A DNA stretch of 48,375 bases, from sequence record DRR378314_2339, one strand, 5' to 3'. Position numbers and translations under genes: made by a program. Positions 40,304 to 48,375 of this stretch are shown piece by piece. Every line of letters begins with the position of its first letter. Position 1 is the first letter of the stretch. The notes under the pieces were generated by a model. That model did not search any database, was not told the DNA's origin, and saw nothing but the letters and a program-made list of their open reading frames with translations.

Positions 40304-41251
40304 ATGAAAAACGTTTTCTGTATTGGGGAATTATTAATAGATTTTGTAGCGGAAAAACAAGGGAGCGATCTAGCAAAAGCCCATAATTTTACCAAAAAAG
40401 CAGGGGGTGCCCCGGCCAATGTGGCCTCGGCAATAGCCAAGCTGGGGGGCAAAAGTTTTTTCATTGGCTGTGTAGGCAAAGATCCCTTTGGCACTTTTCT
40501 AATCAACACCCTAACGGAGGGGCAAGTGGACGTTTCCCTAGCGCAGCGTTCCGATACTTTCACTACCTTGGCCTTTGTTTCCATTGCAGAGGACGGGGAG
40601 CGCGATTTTGTTTTTAGCCGTGGGGCGGACAAAGAATTAACGCACGACATTAGATTGAAAAATCTATTTAAGGACCAGATGGTACATTTTGGGGCAGCAA
40701 CCTCCTTCCTAGGCGGTAGTTTGGAAGAGGCTTATTCCCTCTATTTACAAGAAGCTATATCCCACAATAGTTTTATATGTTTCGACCCTAATTTCAGGGC
40801 AGACCTATGGAAAGGAACTGAGGAAATTTTTATCCAAAAATGTCTCCCTTTTGTAGAAAAATCTGATTTGTGCAAATTTAGTTTGGAAGAGGCCCAATTG
40901 CTTTCAAAAAAAGAAGATTTAAAAGAAGCTTGTACTTTTTTACACCAGTTGGGCACAAAAATAATTACAGTTACCCTAGGTGGGGAGGGGACCTATTTAA
41001 GCACACCTTCAATTCAAAAAATAATTCCAAGTATAAAGGTAAAACCGGTTGATACCACGGGGGCGGGAGATGCATTTATCGGATGTTTATTAAAACAGAT
41101 TTCCCTTACTACCAATCTGGACGCACTCCTAGCCGATTCCGGATTGTTGGAAAAAATGGTTCAGGATGCCAACAAGGCCGGAGCTATTACCACCCTTAAC
41201 TATGGGGCCATAGAATCCTTGCCTTCCCAACAACAAATAAATCAGGTTTAA
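40304..41251 (+). CDS. PfkB-family carbohydrate kinase (fructokinase-like)
   Basis: GGAPANVA, VGKDPFG, FDPNFR, DTTGAGDAF. Confidence 0.93.
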   Translation: MKNVFCIGELLIDFVAEKQGSDLAKAHNFTKKAGGAPANVASAIAKLGGKSFFIGCVGKDPFGTFLINTLTEGQVDVSLAQRSDTFTTLAFVSIAEDGERDFVFSRGADKELTHDIRLKNLFKDQMVHFGAATSFLGGSLEEAYSLYLQEAISHNSFICFDPNFRADLWKGTEEIFIQKCLPFVEKSDLCKFSLEEAQLLSKKEDLKEACTFLHQLGTKIITVTLGGEGTYLSTPSIQKIIPSIKVKPVDTTGAGDAFIGCLLKQISLTTNLDALLADSGLLEKMVQDANKAGAITTLNYGAIESLPSQQQINQV

Positions 41252-41270
41252 ATATAATGGTCGTCATCCC

Positions 41271-42407
41271 CTAATTATACTTCATCTTTCTAATGATACG
41301 TAGCGATTCCTTTATGGATTGATACACGGGAAGATTATATTTTTTCATGATAGGCTTTACGTTTTCCATGATATCCTTGGCTTCTTCAAAGCCATTGACA
41401 TAGCAAATTAGAAAAGTATCGGACAACAGATCCAAATCCCTTACTTCGTTAGGGGTCAAAGGAATTTCCTTTTCAATTTTTCTAAGCATGGCCACATTGG
41501 CGTTGTATATATGATGAAGTGTTTTCTTGTCATATAAGGGAGGTTCAAATATTAAATCGCTTTGAATGGTATAGGTGCCATTATCCATGAAGGTTATGAC
41601 AACTTTTTCCAAGGGGTAATATTTCTGTTGACTACTTAAGCCCAACTGCACATATTCTATGGTAGTAAAGGAATTTTCATCATAAGCTATCGTAATTTCA
41701 TCGAATTCCGAAAAAAACAATTTTACCTGTTCATTGATCAATTCTATGTCGACACGGGAATAATAGGTTTCATTTTTTACTTTTTTTTGATGCCCCGCCC
41801 AACAAACCACAAATTGCTCCTTAAAAACCTTGTAATTACTTGTAAGATCTTTGTGCCTTTCGTTCAAAAAATCGATTACCCCATCCAAGGTAAGTTCAAT
41901 ATTATTTTTAGCATGCTTTTCTATGGTTGCTACAATACCCGCATTAACATCCGTCAACTGAATGCCATAAGCCTTTGGCATACTTATGCTACCGTCCCTA
42001 AAAAATACCGATCCCCCATAATACTTCCAGATGTTCTTTCTCAGGGAACAAACCTTCCCATTGGACTTTATAGTTACCAGACCAACCACTTTGCCCATGG
42101 GCAAATGCGGAAATGGAATGTTTTCATATGTAATCCGTGGGGGATTGTCCAAATAGGCGTTTACCAAATTCTGAATCTTGCTGTCATCAAAAAAATCGAC
42201 CCCTATAATTTCATTGTCCTCATCCTCGACCCCAATAACGATAAAAGAATTGTTTTGAGGGTTGCTATTGGCAAGTGCACAGACATGCTTTAAAAATTTA
42301 GCCTTTCCTTCCCTCTGTCCAATATCAATAAAGCGCTTTTTATCATAAAAACTATTTTCATCATTATGGGCAAGTAGGTTTTTAACGAGCAGGCGTTTAT
42401 TGATCAT
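41271..42407 (-). CDS. AlbA_2 (Schlafen-like) domain protein with uncharacterised C-terminal domain
   Basis: ENSFYDKK...HVCALANS...FIVIGVED; ATGA overlap with the upstream SDR. Confidence 0.8.
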   Translation of the reverse strand: MINKRLLVKNLLAHNDENSFYDKKRFIDIGQREGKAKFLKHVCALANSNPQNNSFIVIGVEDEDNEIIGVDFFDDSKIQNLVNAYLDNPPRITYENIPFPHLPMGKVVGLVTIKSNGKVCSLRKNIWKYYGGSVFFRDGSISMPKAYGIQLTDVNAGIVATIEKHAKNNIELTLDGVIDFLNERHKDLTSNYKVFKEQFVVCWAGHQKKVKNETYYSRVDIELINEQVKLFFSEFDEITIAYDENSFTTIEYVQLGLSSQQKYYPLEKVVITFMDNGTYTIQSDLIFEPPLYDKKTLHHIYNANVAMLRKIEKEIPLTPNEVRDLDLLSDTFLICYVNGFEEAKDIMENVKPIMKKYNLPVYQSIKESLRIIRKMKYN

Positions 42408-43177
42408 AATTTCTTATTGACAATAGTGGCACTCGCTTGTGCCGTCGGCAAAATTAATAAATCAGCAATGTTAACATGGGAGGGTCTGGTAACCATAAAA
42501 TGGATGACATCTGCAATATCTTCCGGTTGCAACGGCTTATATCCCTTGTAGGTGGCCTCGGCCCTGCCATCATCGCCCTTAAACCGCACCTTGCTGAATT
42601 CCGTTTCCACCAATCCCGGATTAATGGCCCCAACGCGAATGCCATATTTATTTAAATCTATTCTCATCCCTTGGTTTAGGGCATCTACAGCATATTTACT
42701 GGCGCAGTATACATTCCCCATTGGATACACTTCCTTCCCCGCAATGGAACCAATGTTTATAATATGTCCCGCTTTGTTTTTGATCATTTTTGGCATTATG
42801 GCCTTGGAAACATACAAAAGGCCTTTAACGTTTATGTCCAACATAGCCTCCCAATCATCAATATTTCCCTCCTCAATAGAGTCCAGACCATGGGCATTGC
42901 CGGCATTATTGATTAGAATATCAATATTGGAAAACTCCTCCGGAAGAGAAGCAATGGCTTCAAAGACCGCTTTTTTATCCTGAACATCAAATTCCAAAAT
43001 GAAAACTTTGGTATGTCTGGACAGTTCCTTTTTAAGTTCGTTCAAGCGCTCTTTTCGCCTGCCACAAATAACTAAATTAATCTTATTGGAGGCAAAGAGT
43101 TTGGCGGTGGCAAGTCCAATACCGCTTGTAGCCCCTGTTATAAAAGCTGTTGGTTTCTCATTACTAGTAATACTCAT
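42404..43177 (-). CDS. SDR oxidoreductase, YdfG-like
   Basis: TGATSGIG, NNAG, YCASK, PGLVETEFS. Confidence 0.93.
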   Translation of the reverse strand: MSITSNEKPTAFITGATSGIGLATAKLFASNKINLVICGRRKERLNELKKELSRHTKVFILEFDVQDKKAVFEAIASLPEEFSNIDILINNAGNAHGLDSIEEGNIDDWEAMLDINVKGLLYVSKAIMPKMIKNKAGHIINIGSIAGKEVYPMGNVYCASKYAVDALNQGMRIDLNKYGIRVGAINPGLVETEFSKVRFKGDDGRAEATYKGYKPLQPEDIADVIHFMVTRPSHVNIADLLILPTAQASATIVNKKL

Positions 43178-43232
43178 AAAAATTAGTTCTATATTTTATT
43201 TCTTTCAATGCTTTTAATAGGCAGCCAATAGT

Positions 43233-43563
43233 TCATTTGCCCTTCGCTCCATGTAGGGAACAGAACCATTCTTTCTGTCTTTGGTCTTTGTTTACAGCCT
43301 TTGCAACATGAGTCATCAAATTAGCAAGAGTGACCCTTAATAGCTGAATTTACACTCAGCTATTTCAGATATGGAAAAGACATTTTTAAAAGCCGATTCA
43401 TAGCCAAGTGCTCCATAAAAATCAGCCCAATTAAAAGTAGTATTTCCCTGTGCCCAGCTATGACCAATTAACATAGATCCTTCCCTGTAGAACGCTTCTT
43501 ACCCCAATTGACACAAGTAATTGTCCCTGTAACGATTTTGAAATAAGATGTTTTATTTTTCAT
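43233..43563 (-). pseudogene. Decayed aldo/keto reductase (YdhF-like) remnant
   Basis: Manual translation gives MKNKTSYFKIVTGTITCVNWGKK, then after a frameshift MLIGHSWAQGNTTFNWADFYGALGYESAFKNVF, then IQLL, then a C-terminus-like VAKAVNKDQRQKEWFCSLHGAKGK*. Confidence 0.7.
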
Positions 43564-43722
43564 ATGTTTGTGAAATTATGAATAATTCCCTTAAATAGTT
43601 CATAAAACTGGACCCATTGCTTAACTTTTAACCATACATTAACAGCCAATAACTAAATAAATTTTCAATTTGCATCCACTTTTGGAGTAAACCACTGAAA
43701 ACAAAACAAAACAAAGGATTAT

Positions 43723-44724
43723 ATGGAAGAAAATACTTCGGTAGATATCAGTGCCGTGAACGAGAAAATTGCCCAGGAAAGTGCTTTTATAGACCTACTT
43801 ATTTTAGAAATGAACAAGGTAATCGTAGGTCAAAAACATATGGTTGAACGATTGCTCATTGGACTTTTAGGGCAGGGCCATATTCTTCTGGAAGGTGTCC
43901 CTGGTTTGGCCAAAACCTTAGCTATAAACACCTTGGCAAAAGCGGTACAAGGAAGCTTTAGTAGAATTCAGTTCACTCCCGATCTTCTACCGGCAGATGT
44001 TGTTGGTACTATGATCTACAACATGAAATTGAACGATTTTTCCATTAAGAAAGGTCCCATATTCGCCAATTTTGTTCTGGCAGATGAAATTAACCGTGCT
44101 CCTGCAAAAGTGCAATCGGCCCTTTTGGAAGCCATGCAGGAAAAACAGGTCACCATAGGTGATGAAACTTTTACACTGGACAAGCCTTTTCTGGTAATGG
44201 CTACCCAAAACCCGGTGGAACAAGAAGGAACTTACCCCTTACCGGAAGCCCAGGTGGATCGTTTTATGCTAAAGACAGTTATAGATTACCCCAAACTTAG
44301 CGAGGAGCAATTAATTATTAGGCAAAACCTTAAAGGTGCCTATGAAGAGGTAAAACCTGTGGTTAGTGTTAAGCAGATTCTTAGTGCCCAAAAGGCGGTA
44401 AGGGATGTGTATATGGACGAAAAAATTGAGAAATACATTCTCGATATTGTTTTTGCCACCCGATACCCGGAAAAATATAATTTAGAAAGCCTAAAGCCTT
44501 TGATCAGTTTTGGAGCTTCGCCAAGGGGTAGTATAAATTTAGCCGTTGCTGCCAAATGCTATGCCTTTATTAAAAGACGGGGCTATGTAGTTCCCGAAGA
44601 TGTGCGGGCCGTGATCCATGACGTTTTACGCCACAGGATTGGCATAACCTATGAGGCCGAGGCAGAAAACATAACTTCGGAAGAAATAATAAACAAGATC
44701 GTAAACGAAATTGAAGTACCTTAA
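43723..44724 (+). CDS. moxR: MoxR-family AAA+ ATPase
   Basis: EGVPGLAKT, RIQFTPDLLP, DEINRAPAKVQSALLEAMQE, ATQNP, LPEAQVDRF. Confidence 0.95.
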   Translation: MEENTSVDISAVNEKIAQESAFIDLLILEMNKVIVGQKHMVERLLIGLLGQGHILLEGVPGLAKTLAINTLAKAVQGSFSRIQFTPDLLPADVVGTMIYNMKLNDFSIKKGPIFANFVLADEINRAPAKVQSALLEAMQEKQVTIGDETFTLDKPFLVMATQNPVEQEGTYPLPEAQVDRFMLKTVIDYPKLSEEQLIIRQNLKGAYEEVKPVVSVKQILSAQKAVRDVYMDEKIEKYILDIVFATRYPEKYNLESLKPLISFGASPRGSINLAVAAKCYAFIKRRGYVVPEDVRAVIHDVLRHRIGITYEAEAENITSEEIINKIVNEIEVP

Positions 44725-44725
44725 T

Positions 44726-44809
44726 CAGTCTACAGTTATCCGTCTACAGTTTTTGGTCCTTAACCCCTAAAACTGTAACTGAATACTTTTTACTGCAAAC
44801 TGCAAACTG
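44726..44809. repeat. Degenerate inverted heptamer arrays (CAGTnnn)4 ... (nnnACTG)n
   Basis: cagtcta-cagttat-ccgtcta-cagtttt (44726-44753) facing aaaactg-taactg-aatactt-tttactg-caaactg-caaactg (44769-44809). Confidence 0.75.
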
Positions 44810-44812
44810 AAA

Positions 44813-45679
44813 ATGGATACCAAGGAATTATTAAAAAAAGTTCGCAAGATCGAAATAAAGACGAGGCGTCTTTCCGACCATATTTTTGGCGGGGAATACC
44901 ACTCCACCTTTAAGGGAAGGGGTATGACTTTTAGTGAGGTGCGCCAATATCAATTCGGTGATGATGTTAGATCCATAGACTGGAACGTAACAGCGCGCTA
45001 TAACGAACCTTATGTAAAGGTATTTGAGGAGGAAAGGGAACTTACCATGATGCTTATGGTAGATGTGAGCGGCTCGGAACTTTTTGGTACCAGCAATCAG
45101 TTTAAAAAGGAAATTATTACCGAAATTTCGGCTACGCTGGCATTTTCGGCACTTCAGAACAATGATAAAGTTGGACTTCTTTTGTTTACCAATGAAGTGG
45201 AACTTTACATTCCGCCTAAAAAAGGAAAAAGTCACGCGCTTAGAATAATACGGGAATTGCTGGAGTTTTCACCCAAAAGCAACGAGACCGATTTGGGAAC
45301 TGCCTTGAAATTCCTTACCAACGTAATGAAAAAGAAGGCCATCGTTTTTGTACTCTCGGATTTTATTACCGAGGACTACCTTCAAACCTTGCGTATTACA
45401 GGTAAAAAGCACGATCTTACCGGAATTAGGGTATTTGATGAAAGGGAAGAGACCATCCCAAATTTAGGCATGGTACAAATGCAGGATACCGAAACGGGGG
45501 CTATTCAATTGGTAAATACCCAGTCCAAAAAAGTAAGGATGGCCTATGGCAAACACTATAGTGAGCGCGTTGCCTATTTTCAGGAGACTTTTACCAAATC
45601 TGGTTGTGGGGTGTTGAGTTGTAGGGTGGATGAAAGTTATGTAAAGAAATTATTGGGCTATTTTAAGAGAAGAGGTTGA
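44813..45679 (+). CDS. DUF58-domain protein (MoxR partner)
   Basis: GEYHSTFKGRGMTFSEVRQY, IDWNVTAR, FEEERE, DVSGS, LSDF. Confidence 0.93.
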   Translation: MDTKELLKKVRKIEIKTRRLSDHIFGGEYHSTFKGRGMTFSEVRQYQFGDDVRSIDWNVTARYNEPYVKVFEEERELTMMLMVDVSGSELFGTSNQFKKEIITEISATLAFSALQNNDKVGLLLFTNEVELYIPPKKGKSHALRIIRELLEFSPKSNETDLGTALKFLTNVMKKKAIVFVLSDFITEDYLQTLRITGKKHDLTGIRVFDEREETIPNLGMVQMQDTETGAIQLVNTQSKKVRMAYGKHYSERVAYFQETFTKSGCGVLSCRVDESYVKKLLGYFKRRG

Positions 45680-45684
45680 TTTAA

Positions 45685-47340
45685 ATGAGGAACTTAAATT
45701 TGAGCATTATAAATAGTTATTCGTATTTTCTACGATATATTGCATTGTGTCTACTATTTGCCTCGACACAAGGTTTTTCCCAAAATACCCCCACCATTGT
45801 GTCTGGGGTGGATACTACCTATATAAAGATTGGAGAACAGATCAATTTTAAGGTCACTGTAGAAACAGATTCTACCGCCCAGGTAATCTTCCCGGAAGGC
45901 CAAACCTTTTCCCCTTTGGAAACCGTGGAAGCATTAAAGACCGATACGGTTAAAAAATTGGATAGGATGACCCTGCAAAAAATCTATGCCCTTACCCAAT
46001 TTGATTCCGGTTCCTATACCCTTCCAAGACAACAGATTATGGTAAACGGAAAACCGTTCTTTACCGATTCTATAAAAATTGATGTTGCCACCGTAGCTGT
46101 CGATACCTTGGCACAGAAGATGTACGACATAAAACCCATTATAAATGTAGAAAAATCGAACGGGGCACTTTGGAGAATTCTCCTATGGGTGCTCGGCATT
46201 TTAATTTTGGTCGGGGCAGCATTATATTGGTTCGTTTTCAGAAAAAAGCCATTGAGCGAGGAGGAAAAAGTAGCCCTATTACCTCCTTTTGATCGTGCTA
46301 TCCTTGGTTTAAAACAATTGGAAAAATCAAAATATTTAATTCAGGACGATTATAAATCCTATTATTCCGAGTTAACGGACATTGTAAGATCCTATCTGGA
46401 AGAAGACGTTCATGTCACCGCACTGGAAAGTACTACGGACCAATTGATAGAAAAATTGGAAATGATGAAGGATGCTGGACAGCTGAAACTGGACCAAGAG
46501 ACCATACAACAGTTTAAAAAGGTATTACAGACCTCCGATTTGGTGAAATTTGCAAAATCCAAGCCGGAGTCCTCCGTAGCCGAACAGGATAGAAAATCTG
46601 TGGAGCAGATTGTGATAAAGACCAAAGAGGCCATTCCGGAACCCACCGAAGAGGAGTTATTGCAACGGGAAGAATATTTAGAAGAGCTGGAACGCAAAAA
46701 ACAGAAGAAAAAAATAGTAATTGTTGCTGTTACTGCGGTCCTTGTGTTATTATTTTCCACTGTAGCGGCAATAGGTTACTACGGATTTGGACAGGTAAAG
46801 GATACCGTTTTGGGCCACCCGACCAAGGAATTACTTGAAGGTGAATGGGTACAAAGCGATTACGGTTTCCCCCCGATAAGTTTACACACCCCAAAAGTTT
46901 TGTTGCGACAAGCGGTAAAACTTCCGCCGGAAGCCCAAGCTTCCATTAAAGAAATGCAGGCATTTGCCTATAGGAGCTCTATTGGACTGTTTACCATTGG
47001 CGCCACCTCTATTACTTTGGCACAACCCGAGGAACCGGATTTTGAAAAGGCCTCCGAACAGATATTGAAAAATTTTGAAAATCAAGGTGCCAGGAACATC
47101 ACAACCAAACAAGAAGCTTTTTCTACCCTTACAGGGGTTAAAGGGGTTAAACTTTACGGAAGTGGAAAATTTGCAGTGCCCGAATCCAAAGAATTGATTT
47201 CCGGGAACTATGTGGTCCTATTTTTTGGAGGAAAGGGTTTTCAGCAAAATGTAATCTTGACGTGGTTGGAAGATGACCACTATGCAGACCAGATAGTTGA
47301 CCGAATTTTAAACTCAGTAGAAGTAAAAACGAGCTTATAG
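45685..47340 (+). CDS. bat-locus membrane protein (BatD-like/DUF4381-type N-terminus, two TM segments)
   Basis: Signal peptide, IKIGEQ, FDSGSY, YDIKPI-TM, ALESTT, DLVKFAK; lies between DUF58 and batA. Confidence 0.75.
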   Translation: MRNLNLSIINSYSYFLRYIALCLLFASTQGFSQNTPTIVSGVDTTYIKIGEQINFKVTVETDSTAQVIFPEGQTFSPLETVEALKTDTVKKLDRMTLQKIYALTQFDSGSYTLPRQQIMVNGKPFFTDSIKIDVATVAVDTLAQKMYDIKPIINVEKSNGALWRILLWVLGILILVGAALYWFVFRKKPLSEEEKVALLPPFDRAILGLKQLEKSKYLIQDDYKSYYSELTDIVRSYLEEDVHVTALESTTDQLIEKLEMMKDAGQLKLDQETIQQFKKVLQTSDLVKFAKSKPESSVAEQDRKSVEQIVIKTKEAIPEPTEEELLQREEYLEELERKKQKKKIVIVAVTAVLVLLFSTVAAIGYYGFGQVKDTVLGHPTKELLEGEWVQSDYGFPPISLHTPKVLLRQAVKLPPEAQASIKEMQAFAYRSSIGLFTIGATSITLAQPEEPDFEKASEQILKNFENQGARNITTKQEAFSTLTGVKGVKLYGSGKFAVPESKELISGNYVVLFFGGKGFQQNVILTWLEDDHYADQIVDRILNSVEVKTSL

Positions 47341-48339
47341 ATGTTTGAGAATATTTCCTTTGCGAACCCACAATTTTTCTGGTTGTTACTACTACTTCCA
47401 GTGGCAATGCTCTGGTATTTCTTTAAAAGAAGGGAACAGACTGCTTCCTTAAAAATGTCCAGCATCAAGGGCTTTCCCAAAGGTAGCATCTTGCCCAAAT
47501 TAAAACCGGCGCTGTTTGTTATGCGCTTGTTGGCATTGGCCGCCATCATAGTTGCCATGGCGCGACCACAGACCGAGGATATCTCCACAAGGACCAAGAC
47601 CACTAAAGGAATCGATATTGTTATGGCTATCGATGTATCTTCCAGTATGTTGGCAAAAGATTTAAAACCGTATAGATTGGCAGCACTCAAAAAAGTAGCG
47701 GCCGATTTTATTAACGAAAGACCCAACGATAGGATAGGCTTGGTGGCCTACGCAGGGGAAAGTTATACCAAAACGCCAATTACAAGTGATAAATCTATAG
47801 TTCTAAGGGCTTTGGACGAAATAACCTATGGGCAATTAAATGATGGTACGGCTATTGGAATGGGACTTGCTACCTCTGTTAATAGGCTGAAGGAAAGTAA
47901 GGCTCTGAGCAAAGTAATTATTCTTCTTACAGACGGAGTAAACAATTCGGGATTTATAGAACCCCAAACTGCCGCAGATTTGGCGGTGGAGTTCGGCATA
48001 AAAACCTACACCATAGGCATTGGCACCAACGGAAACGCTATGACGCCCATTGCATATAATGCCGACGGATCCTTTAGATATGGGATGCGGGAGGTGGAAA
48101 TTGACGAAAGCCTTTTAAAATCTATAGCGGAAACAACGGGCGGGCAGTATTTTAGGGCCACCGACAATGAAAAACTGGAGGCCATTTACGAGGAGATAAA
48201 TAAGTTGGAAAAAACAGAGGTAGAGGAGTTTAAGTACTACAAATACGAAGAAAGATTTAGACCTTGGGTCTATTTGGCAGGGGTTTTGCTGTTGTTGGAA
48301 TGGCTGGCAAGGAACACTTTGTTCAGGAGTTTTATTTAA
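47341..48339 (+). CDS. batA: VWA-domain membrane protein BatA
   Basis: FANP, MARPQ, DVSSSM MIDAS, DGTAIG, LLTDG, GGQYFRA. Confidence 0.92.
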   Translation: MFENISFANPQFFWLLLLLPVAMLWYFFKRREQTASLKMSSIKGFPKGSILPKLKPALFVMRLLALAAIIVAMARPQTEDISTRTKTTKGIDIVMAIDVSSSMLAKDLKPYRLAALKKVAADFINERPNDRIGLVAYAGESYTKTPITSDKSIVLRALDEITYGQLNDGTAIGMGLATSVNRLKESKALSKVIILLTDGVNNSGFIEPQTAADLAVEFGIKTYTIGIGTNGNAMTPIAYNADGSFRYGMREVEIDESLLKSIAETTGGQYFRATDNEKLEAIYEEINKLEKTEVEEFKYYKYEERFRPWVYLAGVLLLLEWLARNTLFRSFI

Positions 48340-48375
48340 TATCAAAAATCTAGATTTAGAGGGAGTTGATTTAAA

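Noticed and set aside
43650-43660. TAACTAAATAA identical to part of the 16.6-kb motif
   Set aside because: Very AT-rich and probably upstream of the moxR transcription start; likely chance
1-48375. CRISPR arrays, tRNA/rRNA, IS elements, prophage genes
   Set aside because: No regularly spaced repeats, cloverleaf motifs, transposase, integrase or phage ORFs seen on manual reading

Overview
Flavobacteriaceae-type (Bacteroidota) chromosomal window, judged from SusC/SusD, the bat operon and TAnnTTTG promoters. It holds about 37 intact CDS; no rRNA, tRNA, CRISPR array or transposase was seen. The left 12 kb is an accessory sugar-utilisation locus with no glycoside hydrolase: susC-susD converge on an operon of a tandem DUF1080, a Tat-exported Gfo/Idh/MocA dehydrogenase, a PmoA/DUF6807-like lipoprotein, a DUF1080 and a LacI regulator. 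The identical palindrome CGTTAACGTTAACG lies at both promoters. The rest is mostly core genes (SulP, gpsA, glpD, pbpC, alpha-2-macroglobulin, nbaC, ALDH7, acyl-ACP desaturase, class II RNR, PfkB, AlbA_2 protein, SDR, moxR-DUF58-batA). Signals outside the ORF track: a candidate family of minus-strand small RNAs with a UUUGGUUGGUUA/GAGUUAGUU motif next to a hairpin (16.6, 33.9 and 34.1 kb), complementary to mRNA leaders in this window; a decayed aldo/keto reductase pseudogene (43233-43563); an inverted heptamer array between moxR and DUF58; a sigma54-type promoter; and several operator-like palindromes. Family calls are by motif recognition; no database searches were run.
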